From: Thermoplasmatota archaeon
GTDB lineage: Archaea > Thermoplasmatota > Poseidoniia > Poseidoniales > Thalassarchaeaceae
Direction of reading: 5' to 3'
Assembly (NCBI GenBank): GCA_036154155.1
Contig: JAYZLP010000049.1
Location: forward strand, 1 to 56,522
Length of the DNA: 56,522 nucleotides
The position numbers and the translations under genes are program-made. This document shows, piece after piece, positions 51,768-56,522 of the stretch. How positions within the stretch are numbered: the stretch's first letter is position 1; each line of letters starts with the position of its first letter. The notes beneath the pieces are model-generated. The model made no database searches. It saw only the letters and a list, made by a program, of their open reading frames with translations, and was not told the origin of the DNA.

Positions 51768-54047
51768 CTACTTTCTATTGCCTTTTCCCTGCTTTCTTCG
51801 CATACCTTTCAGCTTTGAAATCAGGTCGCTAGCTTCTGACTTCGTCACCTCTTCCTCTGTAGCAAGGTCAGCAATTGCGAGTGTATCTGACATCGATATT
51901 CCCAATTGCTCGGACATGTTCCTAATCAATTCCATCTGTGGTTCCGTAGCAGGCATTGAGGAGTTGGAATCCCTCATCTTTCCGATCAACTCACTAGCAG
52001 TACCCTCACGGCCACCTGAAAGCTCGCTCAAATCACTGACCCCGACAAGCGACAAGGCATCGGAAACAGACATTCCAGACTTCTCAATTAGTGACATGAG
52101 GTAACTCATCTGTTTCTCACTGGCCGGAGGGCCTCCGTTGGTTTTCGACAATTCAGTAAGTGTACCAATTAGTTCGCTGGCCTCTTCTCCACTGAGACTC
52201 TCGATTTCCCTGTCCCCCAGAAGGGATTTGACCACATCTTCATCAAGCCCAGTAATCCTACTCTCGATGAATGATTTTTGCTTGGGCGTGGGTGTCCTCC
52301 TGCGGTATTCAATTGCCTTGTTATGGGCTTCCTTGAAGTCTCCCGAGAAGTCCTCCCAGATTGAAACTGCGTCAGTAGTTCCCATTTCAATACCATCCAA
52401 GCTAGCCTCCATTTTCGATGTGAATGAGGCGGATAGAATTTCCATCCCTCCGGCCTTGGATCCGTAAATAGGAGCCACATCTAACCAGAGTACCCTACCG
52501 CTGACCGTTGGAACCAAAGAACCACTGTCATTCTCCACATATCCCCTGTCCTGGATTCTCTGAACGATGCTGACATATGTCGAAGGTCTACCAATCCCAG
52601 CAGTTTTCATCTGTTTCACTATAGAACTCTCTGAGAACCTTCGTGGTGGCTTTGTCTCATCAATAGTTAGTAGTGGGTTTTCATCCCCCTCGTCTAGTTT
52701 CCACTCGGAACCAACCTGTAAATCGAACTTAGGTTGGCTTCTCCGGGGGTCCGGCAAAAATTCGGAGGAGGCCTCCTCCCATCCCGAATGTACAAGCCAG
52801 GACGCTGTTCCGGCCAATTCCTGTTCGATACCATCTACAGATGCCCGCAAGTCTCTCCTTTCCCTAATTGAGTCCGACATCTGACTAGAGGCAAAGCGAC
52901 TCCAAACTAATCTATACAGCCTCTTGTGGTCGGCCTCAACTCCGTCGACTTCCTCAGACGCTGGGGAAGTAGGCCTAATCGCCTCGTGAGCGTCCTGCAC
53001 ATTCGACGAGCCCTTTTTCGCATCAGCTCCAAGTGAGCCAGGACCTAGGAAGTCTTCTCCATACTTCTCCTTGATCAGTTCCTTGACCGCGTTTCTCGCT
53101 GACTCACTCGTCCTTGTTGAGTCAGTCCTGATGTATGTGATATGCCCGGCCTGGTATAGATCGGATGCGATTTTACTTGTTTTCCCCATAGACCACCCGA
53201 GTGAAGAACTGGCAGCCTGTAGGAGAGTATCGGTAGTAAAAGGGGCAGGGGGCTTCCTCCTATTCTTCCCATCCCTGATGGAAACTACCCTCAATATTCC
53301 TGAATCCGCAATGGCTCTATGAACTGCCTCGGCATGTTCACCATCGAACGTTCTATCGGGGAAATGTTTTCCATCGTCATCAAACCAGGCGCCCTCCTCT
53401 TCTTTCTCGTGAAATCTAACTTTGAAATTATATCCATCACTGGTTGCACGAACACTGTGGAATGGTATCGGGACATGTGCTTCTCGCTCCAACTCCCTTT
53501 CGACTATGTATCCTAGAGTCGGGGTTTGGACTCTCCCCATCGATTTTAGATTCCAACTCCTCGCGAATTTTGAGCACCTGTATCCTACAAGTCGATCCAT
53601 GAACCTTCGAACCTTTGCCGCATCTACAAGGTTTGAATCGACATCCTTGTGATTGGCAACGGCCTCTTCAACAGCGAGTTTTGTTATTTCATTGAAGGTC
53701 ACTCTTCTGACAATTGGGAACTCAGAGAAGATTATGCTGAGCCTCCAAGCAATGAACTCACCTTCTCTGTCAGGGTCAGTAGCAATGTAAACCTCTTCCA
53801 CGCCCTTACTGTTCGCCTTTCTTATAATCCCAGAAATAATCCCCTCGGCCCTATCAGTCCATTCCCATGGAGGATCAGGCAGTGTAGATCCATCTGATGC
53901 CCACATTGCCTTGGATCCCTGCTTACCGCTTTTTCTAGTGGGAAGGTCCTGAACATGTCCATTGCAGGCTTCTACAATCCAGTCCTTTCCAAGGTACTTC
54001 TTTACTGTCTTTGCCTTGGTTCCCGACTCCAGTATCATTAGCTTCAT
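51768..54047 (-). CDS. topA: DNA topoisomerase IA with C-terminal triple repeat and no Zn ribbons
   Basis: Toprim ILES..KAK and ATDPDREGE, GRVQTP, catalytic ITYIRTDS, AHEAIRPT, GIGRPSTY; start moved to ATG 54047. Confidence 0.95.
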   Translation of the reverse strand: MKLMILESGTKAKTVKKYLGKDWIVEACNGHVQDLPTRKSGKQGSKAMWASDGSTLPDPPWEWTDRAEGIISGIIRKANSKGVEEVYIATDPDREGEFIAWRLSIIFSEFPIVRRVTFNEITKLAVEEAVANHKDVDSNLVDAAKVRRFMDRLVGYRCSKFARSWNLKSMGRVQTPTLGYIVERELEREAHVPIPFHSVRATSDGYNFKVRFHEKEEEGAWFDDDGKHFPDRTFDGEHAEAVHRAIADSGILRVVSIRDGKNRRKPPAPFTTDTLLQAASSSLGWSMGKTSKIASDLYQAGHITYIRTDSTRTSESARNAVKELIKEKYGEDFLGPGSLGADAKKGSSNVQDAHEAIRPTSPASEEVDGVEADHKRLYRLVWSRFASSQMSDSIRERRDLRASVDGIEQELAGTASWLVHSGWEEASSEFLPDPRRSQPKFDLQVGSEWKLDEGDENPLLTIDETKPPRRFSESSIVKQMKTAGIGRPSTYVSIVQRIQDRGYVENDSGSLVPTVSGRVLWLDVAPIYGSKAGGMEILSASFTSKMEASLDGIEMGTTDAVSIWEDFSGDFKEAHNKAIEYRRRTPTPKQKSFIESRITGLDEDVVKSLLGDREIESLSGEEASELIGTLTELSKTNGGPPASEKQMSYLMSLIEKSGMSVSDALSLVGVSDLSELSGGREGTASELIGKMRDSNSSMPATEPQMELIRNMSEQLGISMSDTLAIADLATEEEVTKSEASDLISKLKGMRRKQGKGNRK

Positions 54048-54111
54048 GATTTCACAACCTATCCCCAATTCGAATCGAGTACTACGTTTCCATCGGGCCA
54101 AGTGAGACCCG

Positions 54112-54117
54112 TATAAA
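54112..54117 (-). promoter_or_regulatory. Putative TATA box for topA (TTTATA on the minus strand)
   Basis: Only canonical TATA hexamer in the intergenic region; about 65-70 nt upstream of the topA ATG. Confidence 0.5.
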
Positions 54118-54141
54118 CATGAGTGAGCACAGTTCGTTCCA

Positions 54142-54179
54142 ACGCGCGCGCGTGCATGTGTGTGTGACGCGCGCGCGTA
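54142..54179. repeat. Alternating purine-pyrimidine tract containing two identical palindromes ACGCGCGCGCGT (Z-DNA/cruciform-prone)
   Basis: ACGCGCGCGCGT at 54142-54153, spacer GCATGTGTGTGTG, ACGCGCGCGCGT at 54167-54178. Confidence 0.9.
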
Positions 54180-54192
54180 AGGAGACGACTAA

Positions 54193-54600
54193 TTACGAGA
54201 CCAATCTTGACACATTTTCATCCCATATTTCATCGGATCCGGGACCTCCGCAGCCAAGACAGCCCGGATATCCAGCACGAGCTAGATGCATTGCAACTTC
54301 TGAAAGATCATTCCAGAGTTTTCCAATTTCATTCGATTCTGATTTTATCCAACATGTCTCCATTGCAGGCTCATTAATTCCAATCATAAACTCGATCTTA
54401 CCATCGCAATCATAGAAAATCTCGTCTATGGTTCCAGAATTCACTGTTGGCTCTGTGATTATCGAGGGAATCTCATCTGAAATTCCTAGAATCAATAGTT
54501 TAGCAGAATCAAAGCATGAATCTGGCACATATAGAGCCCCACCCGACGTCCTAAGTAGCCTTCTCGCCGCTTCGTACATAGACGGGGGCCAATCGTCCAT
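54193..54600 (-). CDS. Hypothetical protein with a C-terminal CxxC motif (GYPGCLGCGG)
   Basis: 135-aa ORF; TTCAAG box 29 nt upstream of its ATG. Confidence 0.68.
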   Translation of the reverse strand: MDDWPPSMYEAARRLLRTSGGALYVPDSCFDSAKLLILGISDEIPSIITEPTVNSGTIDEIFYDCDGKIEFMIGINEPAMETCWIKSESNEIGKLWNDLSEVAMHLARAGYPGCLGCGGPGSDEIWDENVSRLVS

Positions 54601-54623
54601 GTGGGCGCGTGGGGTACGTAACT

Positions 54624-54630
54624 CTTGAAG
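54624..54630. promoter_or_regulatory. Putative bidirectional TATA-like box CTTGAAG
   Basis: Reads TTGAAG 29 nt before ATG 54654 (+) and TTCAAG 29 nt before ATG 54600 (-). Confidence 0.5.
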
Positions 54631-54653
54631 GGTATAGCATCGCGGCTCAGTTC

Positions 54654-55757
54654 ATGGGGATTGGATGGAGCATGTTTGCTCGTCCGGTAATTAGCCGCAT
54701 GGATTCAGAGAGGGCCCATGGACTAGTCATCAAATCCCTTTCGGGTTTCGGACAGTCATCTGTAGGACTTAGGACGCTCAATACACTATACCAGTCACCA
54801 GAGCTTCCAACCCATGTGTTTGGTAGGCTTTTCAGACACCCATTAGGTCTTGCAGCAGGAATGGACAAGGGAGCATCGGCACTTTCTGCATGGCCTGCTA
54901 TGGGCTTCTCCTGGGTAGAGTATGGCGGTATCACGCGGTTCCCTCAGGATGGGAACCCGAAACCTAGGATGTTTCGAGCAGATGCTGAACAAGCGCTAGT
55001 AAACAGCATGGGGTTCAATAATCCTGGGGCATCTTCAATCAGGGATCAGCTGATTCAGAGAAGAGCAACGGGTAAGTGGCCAAATGTCCCTGTCGCTGCA
55101 AACATTGGAAGGTCGAAGAAGGTGGACAATGAACAGGCCCCCGCCGATTATTCTGCGACGCTCGAAACTCTTTGGGATCATGCTGACATATTCGTACTCA
55201 ATATTTCATCACCCAATACCCCGGGTCTCAGAGATTTGCACGAAGACACTAGCCTAAGCTCAGTTCTGAAGGCATGCAATTCGGTCAAGGAAATGAAGGG
55301 CGGGGGAAAGCCCATGCTTCTCAAACTGTCCCCAGATGCTTCTGATGAGGAATTGCGCTCATCCTCTGAAGAGGCCCTAAGAAACGGAATTGACGGCTTC
55401 GTTGCTACCAATACCACACTGAGGAGGCCAGTACCGAAGAATACGAAGTCACGCCACGCCTTTGCTCAGAATGGCGGCGTCTCAGGCAGGCCACTTCAAG
55501 AGAGGTCACTAGAGGTCGTCTCTATGCTGTACGAGTCAACTAATGGCAAGGTCCCAATCGTCGGTGTGGGCGGCATAGACTCGCCAGATTCCGCTTGGAA
55601 CTCACTGACTTCCGGAGCCTCACTGCTGCAGTTGTATTCCGCTTTGGTTTTCAGGGGTCCATCTGTGGTTTCTGACATAGTAAGAGGCCTGAGGGCCCGA
55701 GTCAGGGAGAATGGATTCTCTGGAGTAGAAGAGGCCGTCGGCTACAATAACTCCTGA
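54654..55757 (+). CDS. pyrD: Quinone-dependent dihydroorotate dehydrogenase (class 2)
   Basis: E.AH, PLGLAAGMDK, Q.GNPKPRMFR, NSMGFNN.G, NISSPNTPGLR, KLSPD, TNTT, GGVSG.PL. Confidence 0.95.
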   Translation: MGIGWSMFARPVISRMDSERAHGLVIKSLSGFGQSSVGLRTLNTLYQSPELPTHVFGRLFRHPLGLAAGMDKGASALSAWPAMGFSWVEYGGITRFPQDGNPKPRMFRADAEQALVNSMGFNNPGASSIRDQLIQRRATGKWPNVPVAANIGRSKKVDNEQAPADYSATLETLWDHADIFVLNISSPNTPGLRDLHEDTSLSSVLKACNSVKEMKGGGKPMLLKLSPDASDEELRSSSEEALRNGIDGFVATNTTLRRPVPKNTKSRHAFAQNGGVSGRPLQERSLEVVSMLYESTNGKVPIVGVGGIDSPDSAWNSLTSGASLLQLYSALVFRGPSVVSDIVRGLRARVRENGFSGVEEAVGYNNS

Positions 55758-55802
55758 ACTAACAATCAGAAATATCATCAAGCATAATCCCGAGGAATCG
55801 GC

Positions 55803-56204
55803 ATGACGGGCTCTTCCAGTTTCTCACTGTCCAGGAAGAGGAGGCTTCTAATTGTCGGTTTTTCAATGGCGGTATTGCTTATCCTAATGTTCGTCTCAAT
55901 AGAGCCCGAGGTACAGCATTCGATCGACGAGGTGATGGATGACCCCAGTGTCTTTGAGGGTCAATTGCACGTCAGGGGTGAAGTTCTGATTGGAAGTCTG
56001 GACACAGAAAATTTCAGTTTCTCGATAACAGGTCTTACCCATGTTCTGCACGTCGACTACTCAAGTACTGTGATACCGGACGGATTCGACGAGGGTAATA
56101 TGATAGCAATAAAGGGCGATTTGCTACATTTAGACGGGCATTGGCAAATGGAAGCACATGAGATCCAGACTGGTTGCCCCTCAAAATACGAGGCTTCCTC
56201 GTAG
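55803..56204 (+). CDS. ccmE: Cytochrome c maturation heme chaperone CcmE (CxxxY variant)
   Basis: N-terminal TM, VRGEV..GS, IPDGF.EG, C-terminal GCPSKY. Confidence 0.88.
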   Translation: MTGSSSFSLSRKRRLLIVGFSMAVLLILMFVSIEPEVQHSIDEVMDDPSVFEGQLHVRGEVLIGSLDTENFSFSITGLTHVLHVDYSSTVIPDGFDEGNMIAIKGDLLHLDGHWQMEAHEIQTGCPSKYEASS

Positions 56205-56252
56205 TTACACACATCCCGATTCTTTGAAAGGGGAGCGCTCCCCGGTCATGTT

Positions 56253-56522
56253 GGGCTAGGGGGGGTGTTGACGTGCTCTGTTATTCACAAATCGTCGATA
56301 ATGGTGACCTGAAGTCCGAGGGCGGCGTAGACGAGCCGCTGGCGACCCGCCGGTTGACGTCGACGCCTCGTCCCCAAGAGATGCAGGTTGTTGGAATTGG
56401 CTCCCGGAGGGGAGTTATGACCATCCTATGCCCGGGAACCAGGTCAGGCGCGGAAGCGAGCAGCCCGACCGGGGATGCTGGATGCCTTGGGATAACGGGG
56501 CTGAGGAGATCGGTGACTTATC
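56253..56522 (+). ncRNA. ffs: Archaeal signal recognition particle (7S) RNA; 3' end lies beyond the window
   Basis: 5' GGGCTAGG; helix 6 CTCCC-GGAG-GGGAG; helix 8 GGTCAGGCGC-GGAA-GCGAGCAGCC (SRP54 site); TTGAAA box 29 nt upstream. Confidence 0.9.

Noticed and set aside
54142-54179. CRISPR repeat or mobile-element end
   Set aside because: Only two 12-bp units with a 13-bp spacer; no cas or transposase genes and no target-site duplication
54119-54415. 98-aa plus-strand ORF crossing the alternating tract (RARVHVCVTRAR)
   Set aside because: Low-complexity translation of the repeat and antisense to the 54193-54600 gene; the start is too close to the TATAAA to be transcribed from it
56253-56522. 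RNase P RNA or rRNA fragment
   Set aside because: The GGAG helix 6 loop and GGAA helix 8 with the CAGG/AGCAG internal loop fit SRP RNA; no RNase P GAGGAAAGUCC motif

Overview
Gene-dense archaeal chromosomal segment. Gene content and order point to Thermoplasmatota, most likely Marine Group II / Ca. Poseidoniales (inference). It carries core information-processing genes: the rpoH-rpoB-rpoA1-rpoA2-rpl30e operon, rps3ae, trpS, endA, psmB, aCPSF1/FttA, sepF, topA, tRNA-Pro(TGG) and the 5' part of the SRP RNA. It also carries bacterial-type metabolic genes (thyA-folA, a PlsC-family acyltransferase, mdh, pntAA/AB/B, mqnC, class 2 pyrD, ccmE, 7Fe ferredoxin) and several secreted or membrane-anchored proteins. 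No CRISPR array, transposase or integrase was seen. The most notable signals are: (1) a 38-bp alternating purine-pyrimidine tract with two identical 12-bp (CG)5 palindromes just upstream of the putative topA TATA box, a candidate Z-DNA/cruciform supercoiling sensor; (2) four divergent COG1340-like coiled-coil paralogues flanking an operon of a Zn-ribbon membrane protein, an altered DtxR regulator and a membrane protein; (3) a non-canonical TT[C/G]A[A/T] promoter box at an almost fixed -29 from many start codons, including one bidirectional box; (4) RNA polymerase subunits with extra domains and no adjacent nusA; (5) eS1 fused to a SAP-like domain. All family calls come from motif recognition by eye, not database searches, and several start codons were re-chosen relative to the ORF track.
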